64,000 bases of DNA from an uncultured Acidobacteriaceae bacterium (GTDB lineage: Bacteria; Acidobacteriota; Terriglobia; Terriglobales; Acidobacteriaceae), in contig CAWAQC010000012.1 of assembly GCA_963784095.1 (NCBI GenBank), positions 281,832 to 345,831 of the forward strand, in the 5' to 3' direction. Below the pieces are notes generated by a model. That model ran no database searches, had not been told where the DNA came from, and worked only from the letters and a program-made list of their open reading frames with translations. Numbering within the stretch: the first letter of the stretch is position 1; the number at the start of each line of letters is the position of its first letter. A program made the position numbers and the translations under genes. Below are positions 28,459 to 36,961 of this stretch, one piece after another.

Positions 28459-29487
28459 CTAGGCGGTGGTGGTGGCAAAGATGCTGTTGATGCCGTTGGG
28501 GAAAAAACCGCCGCTTTTCGCTCCGACCGTTGCCGAACCGTAGACGATGTGAAGAACTTGGTTGACGGTGCGTGCGAATCCCACCGCAGTCGTAGGGCTG
28601 GCCGGAACGATTGAACTCGGAGTGGTCAGGTTGGTGGGGAGGGTCAATAAAGTTTCGACTGATCCTGTGGTCGACGGAGCTGCGCTGTCTCCGACGGTCA
28701 ACGCCGCGCGAAGGTCTTCGACTAGATTCGCAGAGCTGAGATAGGGATATGCTGTTTCCGATCCTGCGGCGATGGCTCCCGCGGTTAGCGAGGTGCGGAT
28801 GTAGCCGGCGTGGTAGGCCTCGACAGCGAGAATTCCCGCTGCGGCGGTCAGATATCCGGCGACTACGCCCGCTGGGCTGATGAGCGGAGCTGCGCCCGAG
28901 TATGCGGTCACACCGACATCTTCGAAGATGAAGCCTCCGACGAGAAAGTAATCAAACGTAGAAAAGGGATTGAAAGCTCCCGATCCGGTCGCAGATGTGG
29001 TGATCTTGGCGGTTTCGGCGAGTGGACCGAAGAATGAAAGATCGATGTCCGGCATGGGAACCGCGGCCGAACCCAGTGCTGTACGCAGGAAGCGAACGTG
29101 CTCCTGCTCCTCGTAGGCGATCTCGTTGATGATCTGCTGTTGTGCTGGTGTTAGGCCGGGGACGGCCGCGGCGCTGCCGACTGTGACGGTTCCCACGGTT
29201 TGGTAGGGAGAGGCTGAACCGGCGGTTGTGTCGGGGGCCTGCAGCCCCGCTCCTGTTGCCGCGTAGAGATAAAACTGGGCTTCGAGATATTCGAGATTAA
29301 GGGCGAAGTTCAAAATGTCATCGTCTGTATAAGAATACGAACCTGGGGTGATTACAGGGGATAGAACGGGATTGTTGCTGCAGCCGGCGAGATTGAGCCC
29401 AGCGATTGCTCCAGCGCCGGCTCTTACTCCTGCCAGAAATTTGCGCCGTGAGAAGCCGCGTTTGATGAGTTCGTTCAACTTTTCCAC
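28459..29487 (-). CDS. Tat-exported ferritin-like domain lipoprotein (paralogue B)
   Basis: A GTG start at 29487 is preceded by AAAGGAGAG. It has a Tat signal SRRKFLAG and lipobox LNLAGC. DILNFALNLEYLEAQFYLY and VEAYHAGYIR match paralogue A. The long ORF to 29796 is rejected because it would read through a terminator. Confidence 0.7.
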   Translation of the reverse strand: MEKLNELIKRGFSRRKFLAGVRAGAGAIAGLNLAGCSNNPVLSPVITPGSYSYTDDDILNFALNLEYLEAQFYLYAATGAGLQAPDTTAGSASPYQTVGTVTVGSAAAVPGLTPAQQQIINEIAYEEQEHVRFLRTALGSAAVPMPDIDLSFFGPLAETAKITTSATGSGAFNPFSTFDYFLVGGFIFEDVGVTAYSGAAPLISPAGVVAGYLTAAAGILAVEAYHAGYIRTSLTAGAIAAGSETAYPYLSSANLVEDLRAALTVGDSAAPSTTGSVETLLTLPTNLTTPSSIVPASPTTAVGFARTVNQVLHIVYGSATVGAKSGGFFPNGINSIFATTTA

Positions 29488-29745
29488 TTTTCTCTCCTTT
29501 AAGTCCTGAGTGTTTGGAAATTTTCTTCCGCACTCACGCTTGCCCACTCTTTCTATACGGTCGGCGTGAGCGTTCGGATTTTCCGGCAGAGAGAAATGTG
29601 AAATTGCAGGAGTTCTTTTAGTGCGCAGGCACACTGATCTACGGATTCGACACGACGCCGGCGGAGGAGAAGACCTTAGTTGGAAGAAGTAGAAGCTGCG
29701 TTGACGTGGCTTTCGACTTCGGGGCTGACTGGGATTCTTATGCCA

Positions 29746-29792
29746 GACGTCAAAAACCCCGTCCTTCCCGCTAAAAACGCGGGAAGGACGGG
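29746..29792 (-). terminator. rho-independent terminator of the S53 peptidase gene
   Basis: Perfect 15-bp stem ccccgtccttcccgc (29756-29770) / gcgggaaggacgggg (29778-29792) with a 7-nt loop. It is followed on the minus strand by TTTTTG, 29 nt after the stop codon. Confidence 0.8.
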
Positions 29793-29820
29793 GCAACCTC
29801 AGTTTAGTTTTCTTTCTTTG

Positions 29821-31959
29821 TTATTTGTCTCCGGCAGCTCTAGGAGCCGCGGTTGACCACTGATTAACCAGGTTATAGGCGTTCACGCTGCCCAAGCCGG
29901 TGGCCATGTCCCAACCTGGGGCCGAACTGTAAGCCGGTTGGTAGGAGCTGTCGCTGGTTGAGAGAACACCGACCGATCCCCCGGAAGGCACGTAGCAATC
30001 GACGTTGCCAATGCAGTCGACATCCATGTTGCCGAGCGTGACGTCATAAAAGACGCAATTGCTCGCAGCGGCGTTTCCGAGCGTCGAGTTGCAAGCCGAG
30101 TTTCCGCTGGAACCATACTCATTCGCAGCCAGTTGGTAGAAAACGACGTTGGGATTACCCTGGCGGGATCCGTTGACTTGATTGATCAGCGCTTGCATGC
30201 CGGCCAGAATTGGCGACGAGAAAGAAGTTCCACCCGCGCCGGGCCAATCCACCGGAGGCGCAGTGCAAGGCGCGTACTCGGAATCGCAGAAGGGATAATA
30301 GTGGCTCCAAACACCATTGGCGGCGAACAGTGAGACGTCGGGAATGTCACGGACGCCGTCGTTGACGACGCCGAATCCCTTCTGCCAGGACGGTTTCGCG
30401 TAACCCTTGCAGGTGCCGCTAACCACTCCGCGCATCGAAGGAGCACCGGTGGCGCATCCGCTGGGACCGCCGCTGCCGCCAACGTTGTTATAAAATTCCG
30501 TGCCGAAGCTGGAGCGGCAGAAGTTCCATGGGGTTGGGTAGCCAACGTAAGTAGAAATCAGATCGCTGGCGCAGGAATCGTCCCAGGGAACTTCAGGAAT
30601 GTACGACAACGCCGAACCGTAGGTTGCACCGTTGGTGGAACTCCAGTAGGTGCTGTTCTCGTTGAGGTAGCTGTCGCCGAAATCGGTGCCGCCGACGGCT
30701 ACGTTGTAGGGAGTTTCGCCCCAGCCGGTGACGCCGATACCAGTCGTGGTTGTGGGCTCGCCACGGCCGCAGCCGGCAGCAGCGGCGTCGCCCGCGGAAA
30801 CGAATACTGAGACGCCTTCCGAAACCGCCTGCTGGAATGCCGAGTTAAACTGAGCGTTCAAAGCGGCACCACCGGTCACCTCGCAAATTCCATAGCTCAT
30901 GCTGACAATGGCCGGGGGTTGCGAGCCGGCGTTGAGAATGTTCTCAATCGCAATCAAGCCGCCGAAGGTGAAAGTGTCCTGGCAGGTTGCCATTTCAATG
31001 GTCGCATCCGGAGCAGATGCGCTGGCGTATTCCGCATCGATGGAGGATTCGGAGCTGTCGCCGTTAATACTCGGGTTGAAGCAGTTGTTGGTCCCCGAGG
31101 AGGCTGGATGTACCAATTCGAGATTGCCGGAGGTGTAAGAACTGAGACCGAAAATGGAGCGGAAGCTGACCCAATCCTGTCTCAGCATGTTTGCGTCTTC
31201 CACCACCACAATCGTCTGGCCCTTGCCGGTGGTGCCGGCTGCGAAAAGGGGATTCAAGTTGTAAATCGTCGCCAGGTCCGCTGGTACGACGAGGTAGTAG
31301 GTGGATCCATCTTCCACGACGGTGTAGTTGCTCTTGTTGACATACATCGTATTCGGCTTGAAGTTATTCAACTGGCCGATGCCAACCACTGCGGGCGCCA
31401 ATGCGGCCGGGATTTGGGGATCGCTCATATTTGCGACGTGCATCTCGCCTCTTACGTTGAGATTGTGAATCTCGGTATGGAACGCCTGCCGAACCATCCC
31501 GGCCGTGCCCGTGAAATCGATGACCATGCCGTTGGCGTAGACGAGGTTCACGGTGAATCCATGGCCCTGGAGCCAGGCGGAGATCTTGGTCAGATCGGAC
31601 TTGTTGAGTCCGTATTGTGCGCCGAATTGGGCCGCCGTCAGCCACTGGTGGTAGTTCGAGGAACCGGGCTTCTGAAGATCATCGATATATGCTTCGAGTG
31701 CTTGTTCCTGCTCGGCGGGGCGCCGCAACTGGAGCTGCATGTTTTGGAGAACGAAATCATCGGAGACGCGTCCGCGATCGTTGGCTGCGATCGCTTCCGG
31801 GCGGGTATTTCCGCTAAGCGTGACCAGACTATTTTCATTAACAGCTGAGGTAATCAGCGCGCGGCTACCGTTGGTTGCGCCCGCCGGGGAAACAACCGTG
31901 AGGGAAACAAGCAACGTGAGCGCGATGGCTGAGAACCGGAGAGACGAGAAATTGCGCAT
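29821..31959 (-). CDS. S53 family serine peptidase (sedolisin/kumamolisin-like) with pro-domain
   Basis: Signal peptide present. The pro-kumamolisin activation region is QWLTAAQFGAQYGLNKSDLTKISAWLQGHGFTV. The catalytic Ser context is GAGGTSFSSPILAG, with SIDAEYASA upstream. Confidence 0.8.
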   Translation of the reverse strand: MRNFSSLRFSAIALTLLVSLTVVSPAGATNGSRALITSAVNENSLVTLSGNTRPEAIAANDRGRVSDDFVLQNMQLQLRRPAEQEQALEAYIDDLQKPGSSNYHQWLTAAQFGAQYGLNKSDLTKISAWLQGHGFTVNLVYANGMVIDFTGTAGMVRQAFHTEIHNLNVRGEMHVANMSDPQIPAALAPAVVGIGQLNNFKPNTMYVNKSNYTVVEDGSTYYLVVPADLATIYNLNPLFAAGTTGKGQTIVVVEDANMLRQDWVSFRSIFGLSSYTSGNLELVHPASSGTNNCFNPSINGDSSESSIDAEYASASAPDATIEMATCQDTFTFGGLIAIENILNAGSQPPAIVSMSYGICEVTGGAALNAQFNSAFQQAVSEGVSVFVSAGDAAAAGCGRGEPTTTTGIGVTGWGETPYNVAVGGTDFGDSYLNENSTYWSSTNGATYGSALSYIPEVPWDDSCASDLISTYVGYPTPWNFCRSSFGTEFYNNVGGSGGPSGCATGAPSMRGVVSGTCKGYAKPSWQKGFGVVNDGVRDIPDVSLFAANGVWSHYYPFCDSEYAPCTAPPVDWPGAGGTSFSSPILAGMQALINQVNGSRQGNPNVVFYQLAANEYGSSGNSACNSTLGNAAASNCVFYDVTLGNMDVDCIGNVDCYVPSGGSVGVLSTSDSSYQPAYSSAPGWDMATGLGSVNAYNLVNQWSTAAPRAAGDK

Positions 31960-32443
31960 CGGATCCTCCTGATTTTTTAACTTTTAATGACCCACATAGA
32001 TGAGCGAAGCACGTACCGTCCACAGATCGCTGGCGGAGTAGCGCTTGGCAGACGTGATTGCGGCTATCTGCCGCCAGTAACGGCACTGGCCAGTAGGCCA
32101 CCAAGCCGTGATTTGGTCAACTGGGCCAAAGACTCCGAGAGGAAAGACCCGATCTGATTCACGGCGCGAGATGCGCTATCGAGACTCAGGGGGAAGATGG
32201 TGATCTTTTCCCAGACATGCCTCATCAGGCTGGAATGGTGTATCGTGAGAACTGCTTTTTGGTGTGCGACCCAGGCCGGAGCCGATAGATTTTTACGAAG
32301 CCATTGCAACCCAGGTATCCGCTTTCATCTTCCTATCTGCTTCACACGTCAATTTGCCGGCAGGATCTCGCGCATGGCGGGACTGGAGATTCTTTGCGGG
32401 TGCATAGCTTCAGGCAAAATATCCCAAACGGAGAAAGCTGCAG

Positions 32444-33220
32444 ATGATTCGTATTGCTGTCGCGATAATTGGTATTGTCGTCCTCATTTGCTCGTGTGCC
32501 ATTGCTCAGGCCCCGGCGGCCCAGACTTCTGCTGATCAAGCACCACCGACTCCCGAGCCCGCAGCTCCCGCGCCGCCCCTTGTCGTCCCGATGGTGCAAG
32601 TGTTTGGAGGATATTCCTTCATCTACGCGGGCCTGGGCAATCTGAATGCGACCTTTCTCGACACCGACCTGAACCTCTACCCGAGGACGCTCATACCGCA
32701 AACCGATTTCAACGGATGGAACGCTGAGGGACAATACAACGTGAACTCATGGGTCGGCGCTGTTATCGATTTCAGCGGAACCCTTACCAATCCGTTCCTG
32801 GCAGGAACTGGAGTTACGGGAATTCCAACCGGCAGTTCGTATTCAATTATGGCGGGGCCGGCCGTTTCCTACCGCAAGTTGAAAAAAATAACGCCCTTCA
32901 TCCATGCATTATTCGGTTGGAACCGCACCAGTTTGAGCGCGGGGACGCTGAAATCGAGTGCTCCCATCGGCACCAGTCCCTTTCCGGTCTCTTCCGTAGG
33001 GGCGACTTTTACGGACTTTGCGATGGCATTCGGGGCGGGAGTCGATTACAAGATTTCCCGGCGGTTTTCGTTGCGCCCGTTGCAATTGGATTGGTATCGC
33101 ACCAGTCTCAATCTCAATTCGTTCTACGGAACAGCGTTCAATGACACTCTGGTCCAGGGCTTCGAAAACAAGGAGAGAAACTTGCGGGTCTCGACCGGGG
33201 TGGTGGTGAATTTCAAATAG
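32444..33220 (+). CDS. outer-membrane beta-barrel protein (OmpW/opacity-porin-like)
   Basis: It has a signal peptide, alternating hydrophobic beta-strand pattern, and Gly/aromatic-rich strands. The C-terminal strand is VSTGVVVNFK. Confidence 0.5.
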   Translation: MIRIAVAIIGIVVLICSCAIAQAPAAQTSADQAPPTPEPAAPAPPLVVPMVQVFGGYSFIYAGLGNLNATFLDTDLNLYPRTLIPQTDFNGWNAEGQYNVNSWVGAVIDFSGTLTNPFLAGTGVTGIPTGSSYSIMAGPAVSYRKLKKITPFIHALFGWNRTSLSAGTLKSSAPIGTSPFPVSSVGATFTDFAMAFGAGVDYKISRRFSLRPLQLDWYRTSLNLNSFYGTAFNDTLVQGFENKERNLRVSTGVVVNFK

Positions 33221-33227
33221 CAGTCTG

Positions 33228-34988
33228 CTACGGTAAGCCAAAGGCATAGAGCGCGCTGCCCGCGGCAATGGCAACATATTCCTTTCCATCCACTGCGAAG
33301 GCGACGGGCGCAGCGTAAACCGCGCCGCCCATCTGGAAATGCCACAAGGGCTTGCCTGCGGCGGCATCCAGGGCGATGAAATTTCCTTCCGCATCGCCCG
33401 TAAACACTAAACCGCCCGCGGTCGAGAGCACTCCTGACCAGGTGGGAGAGGTGTGCTCGAATTTCCACTTATTCTGGCCGGTTACGGGATCGATTGCCTT
33501 CAGAAATCCGCGGTAGGGCTCGGCTTCTTCCGAAGGAAAATATGCGCTGCCGTAATATGCGTGTCCAGCTTCGTAAGGCTGCGGAGCGGTCGAGAAAATA
33601 TCGCACTGGTCGCGCGCGGTGACGTAGAACAGCGCAGTTTGGGGATCGTAAGCAGGAGCCATAAAGTTGGTCGTACCCAGCGCGCCGGGGCAGACCGTGT
33701 GGCCCTGGAGGGTTGGCGAAGCTGCTTGGTTTGCGACGGGACGGCCTTCCGCGTCTTTGCTGCTGCTCCAGGTTTGCTTGCCGTAGGCGTTCGCAGAAAT
33801 CAGTTTGCCGGTGGTCCGGTCGAGGACGTAGAAGAACCCGTTGCGGTTCGCCTGCGCGATCAAACGCTTTCCGCCGTAGTTGCTTTCCAGATCGATCATG
33901 ACGGGAACCTGTGTCGCATCCCAGTCGTGCTCATCGTGTTTGGTGAACTGGAAATACCAATTCAGTTTGCCGGTATCGGCATTGAGCGCCAGCAAGGAAT
34001 TGGAGTAAAGATTGTCTCCGGCGCGCCCCTCGCCGCGATTCGAAGGCGCAGGATTTCCGGTCGGCCAGAAGATCTGGTTGGCTGCCGGATCGTACGTGCC
34101 CGTGTTCCAGGCGGGCGCGCCGCCAACCTTCCATGAATCGCCTTCCCATGTTTCGTGTCGAGGTTCACCGGGCCCCGGTACCGTGTAGAAACGCCACTTT
34201 CGAGCACCAGTGTCGGCGTCATACGCGTCGATGAAACCGCGGACGCCATACTCACCGCCGGAAACGCCAATGATGATGAGATTCTTGACCGCCAGCGGCG
34301 CTAAGGTGAAGCTGTATCCCTTCTGATAATCGGCGGCGACGACATCCCAGATCACGTTGCCGGTTTTGGAATCGAGTGCGATCACATGAGCATCGAGGGT
34401 GCCGAGAAAAACTTTGTCGCCCAGAATCGCCAGGCCACGATTCACCCGGCCGCAGCAAGGACGAATGTCGCTGGGAAGCTGGTGCTGATACATCCAGATC
34501 GGGCGACCGGTCCGCGCATCGAGAGCAAAGGCGCGATCGTCTTGCGCCGTCGCGTAGAGAATGCCATCGACGATCAGCGGAGTCGTTTCAAGCTTCCCCG
34601 TCGCGCCGGTCTGATAGACCCACTTGGCTGCCAACGAGTGTACGTTCTTGGTATTAACTTGATCGAGGGTAGTAAATCTGCGGCCGGAATAATCTCCAGA
34701 ATAGGTCAGCCAGTTCTGAGGTTCTTTCGTGGAATTAACGAGGCGGTCGGAGGTCACCTGCGCCTGTCCTGCTCCTGATATCGCCATTGCGATATACGCA
34801 AGAAAGACAAAACGGTGAAAGCTATTCTTATTGGCGTTCTTCTTAGCGCTCTTCGCGAACTCTTTGCGATCTTTGCGGTCAGAGGTGTTACACCGCGAAG
34901 TTCGCAAAGGACTGCCGCGAAGTTCGCCAAGTGGTGTGTGCGGCCTGCCGGAATCGCCGGATGGGAAGGGCATTTGCGGCACCATCAT
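33228..34988 (-). CDS. PQQ-dependent dehydrogenase, methanol/ethanol family
   Basis: NWLTYSGDYSGRRFTTLDQVN, the vicinal disulfide PCCGRVNRG, the repeated W-motif propeller, and GDNLYSNSLLALNADTGKLNWYFQFTKHDEHDWDAT. The start is ambiguous. The ATG at 34988 overlaps the cytochrome stop, but the first ~60 codons are repeat-derived. Confidence 0.8.
   Translation of the reverse strand: MMVPQMPFPSGDSGRPHTPLGELRGSPLRTSRCNTSDRKDRKEFAKSAKKNANKNSFHRFVFLAYIAMAISGAGQAQVTSDRLVNSTKEPQNWLTYSGDYSGRRFTTLDQVNTKNVHSLAAKWVYQTGATGKLETTPLIVDGILYATAQDDRAFALDARTGRPIWMYQHQLPSDIRPCCGRVNRGLAILGDKVFLGTLDAHVIALDSKTGNVIWDVVAADYQKGYSFTLAPLAVKNLIIIGVSGGEYGVRGFIDAYDADTGARKWRFYTVPGPGEPRHETWEGDSWKVGGAPAWNTGTYDPAANQIFWPTGNPAPSNRGEGRAGDNLYSNSLLALNADTGKLNWYFQFTKHDEHDWDATQVPVMIDLESNYGGKRLIAQANRNGFFYVLDRTTGKLISANAYGKQTWSSSKDAEGRPVANQAASPTLQGHTVCPGALGTTNFMAPAYDPQTALFYVTARDQCDIFSTAPQPYEAGHAYYGSAYFPSEEAEPYRGFLKAIDPVTGQNKWKFEHTSPTWSGVLSTAGGLVFTGDAEGNFIALDAAAGKPLWHFQMGGAVYAAPVAFAVDGKEYVAIAAGSALYAFGLP
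34841..34935. repeat. CGCGAAG-family repeat arranged as a long imperfect palindrome
   Basis: cttcgcgaactctttgcgatctttgcggt ... accgcgaagttcgcaaaggactgccgcgaag. The two arms are inverted copies of the family unit. It lies inside the 5' end of the long PQQ-dehydrogenase ORF. Confidence 0.55.
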
Positions 34989-35887
34989 TTCGCACCTGCA
35001 CTGATCAGAAACGCCACGATGTCGTCGAGATTTTTGTCGCTCAGAGCATCGTCGCTGTAGGTCGGCATCATCGATTCCCTGCTCTTCTTGAATAAGCGCA
35101 GCTTGTCTTTCTCCAGCAAATAGATGTGCTCACTCGTGTCCATCATCTGCACGGTGAAATTGTCTTCGTTTAGCGCTACGCCTTTTATTTCTTTTCCATC
35201 CGCTGTCACGACCGTAATCGTCTCGTACTCCTGGGGAAACTCTTTCGTGGATTCGGTCAATCCCCAAGCCAATCGACGGCTGGGATCGCGCACTGAGTCG
35301 ATGATCGCTTCGCGGGTGCGCGACTCGCCCACGGAAGTCAATTCCGGGCCGACCCGTCCGCCCTTGCCCGCGACCATGTGACAGAGCGAGCAATTGGCAT
35401 CGCCATAAAAAAGTTCCTTGCCGTGAGCGGCATTGCCTATGGGATTGGCTGGCGCCTTCACCTCCTGGCTCCGGATGTAGGTCACGATCTGCCAGATCTC
35501 TTCGTCGGTCATGCCGACGCCCTGTCCGTTGGTTCCGTTAGAGGGCATTGCAGTTCCGGGGATGCCGTTGCTGATCACTTGAAACATCTCCGCATCGGAG
35601 TGAACACGCTTTTTCTGCGCCCGCGTCAAATCCGGGCCGCGGCCGCCGCCACGCGCGCCGAGACCATGACACAGCGCACAGTTGATGCGAAATTCGTACT
35701 CTCCTGCCTTCGCAGCCTTGGGATCACCGGCGTAAGGATTGCGATCATCAGCTGCGTAGGTGGTCGTGGCAACCAGCAGAAGAAATCCCGCGCAGAGTGA
35801 AACCGCGAGAGCGCTGCTCCGCAGGCGAAAATTGCGGAAAGAGTAAGCCTGCCGAACTCGGTTCGGTTGCCCAAACGTCAGAAACAT
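34985..35887 (-). CDS. dihaem c-type cytochrome (probable electron acceptor of the PQQ dehydrogenase)
   Basis: It has two CxxCH sites (CALCHG, CSLCHM) and an N-terminal signal anchor. The second haem domain carries an insertion before the SMMP Met-ligand region. The stop overlaps the downstream ATG (ATGA). Confidence 0.8.
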   Translation of the reverse strand: MFLTFGQPNRVRQAYSFRNFRLRSSALAVSLCAGFLLLVATTTYAADDRNPYAGDPKAAKAGEYEFRINCALCHGLGARGGGRGPDLTRAQKKRVHSDAEMFQVISNGIPGTAMPSNGTNGQGVGMTDEEIWQIVTYIRSQEVKAPANPIGNAAHGKELFYGDANCSLCHMVAGKGGRVGPELTSVGESRTREAIIDSVRDPSRRLAWGLTESTKEFPQEYETITVVTADGKEIKGVALNEDNFTVQMMDTSEHIYLLEKDKLRLFKKSRESMMPTYSDDALSDKNLDDIVAFLISAGAK

Positions 35888-36126
35888 GAATCACCAGTCA
35901 GGGAATTTGCCGAATTCTACGCTATGCCCACCCAAACGTCGCGTTGGAAATCCGGGCAAGTTAGGTCAAGAACGTCAGGCGAGGCGATTCGCGCTCTACC
36001 GGACATGGCCGACAGGTATCTGTAGCCCGCACTTTCGGCTTTCTAGACTGGAGATTCCCCTAGACTCGACCGATCTTTCCTTAAGTTGAAGCATTTTTCA
36101 GTGTAGGTGGCTAAATCTTTGAAAAC

Positions 36127-36876
36127 TCAGCCTTTCCAGCGGAACGCGTCGGCTTGAGGAAGGCCCAGATGGGCGAGCACGCGGTAGGCAAATTCGCGAG
36201 CCATCTCATCTAAGCTGGCGGGCCGGTAATAGAACGCGGGAATGAGCGGAAAGACTGTCGCTCCAGCGTCCGCGGCCCGGTACATGTTGCGGATGTGAAT
36301 TTTATTGAGCGGCGTCTCGCGAACGCAGAGCACGACCGGACGCTTCTCTTTAAGGCAGACATCGGCAGCGCGCTCGATCAGGTGGGAAGCGATGCCGTTG
36401 GCAATGCGGGCCAGGGTGCCAACGCTGCAGGGCATGACGATCATGGCATCGCTGGGGTAAGAGCCGCTGGCGACGTTGGCGCCGATATCGGCGTTCGACT
36501 GCTCTTTGAATTTTGAAAGTACGGATTTTGAAACCGCAGGGAATTTAGACGGAGTGACGGCCGTGTTTCGACTTGAGGATTTAGCCGCACCTCTCGCTGG
36601 ACGCTTCCGGCTGCCAAGGATCTGGCCGAGAAGATTGGAGCGTCCTCGAATGTTCAGTTCTTCCGCCAGGACGCGGAGCGCGGAGTCAGAAGCGATGAAG
36701 TTTACGGTGCGCACGCGAGCCTCACGATCGAGGGCCAGCAGCAACTGCCGCAAGAACACCGAGCCGCTCGCTCCGGTCGTGGCGACGGTCAGATTTTGCG
36801 GTGGATGGTTCTGCGGTGGATGGTTCGGCAACACGGCTCCAAGGCAATCGGTAGAGATGACTCGACTTTGGAGCAT
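36127..36876 (-). CDS. ubiX: UbiX-type flavin prenyltransferase with a low-complexity insertion
   Basis: VATTGASGSVF, MIVMPCSVGTLARIANG and CLKEKRPVVLCVRETPLNKIHIRNM match UbiX. It has an extra Lys/Ser-rich segment of about 35 aa relative to E. coli UbiX. There is a 15-bp perfect tandem duplication at 36797-36826 (NHPPQNHPPQ). Confidence 0.8.
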   Translation of the reverse strand: MLQSRVISTDCLGAVLPNHPPQNHPPQNLTVATTGASGSVFLRQLLLALDREARVRTVNFIASDSALRVLAEELNIRGRSNLLGQILGSRKRPARGAAKSSSRNTAVTPSKFPAVSKSVLSKFKEQSNADIGANVASGSYPSDAMIVMPCSVGTLARIANGIASHLIERAADVCLKEKRPVVLCVRETPLNKIHIRNMYRAADAGATVFPLIPAFYYRPASLDEMAREFAYRVLAHLGLPQADAFRWKG

Positions 36877-36961
36877 AGGGAGTCAGGAGAGTTGAGTCAA
36901 GCACACCGACTCGAGGGAAAGGAATTCGAAGCTGAAGGCTGATAGCTAAAAGCCGCTCTTT

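Noticed and set aside
28459-29796. Long 445-aa version of the second ferritin-like gene
   Set aside because: It would read through a perfect 15-bp terminator hairpin. The upstream 100 codons are Arg/Ser/Pro-rich. A GTG start with a consensus SD restores a normal Tat signal.
30919-31848. 309-aa ORF antisense to the S53 peptidase gene
   Set aside because: It is a shadow ORF opposite a well-supported CDS, with no recognisable motif.
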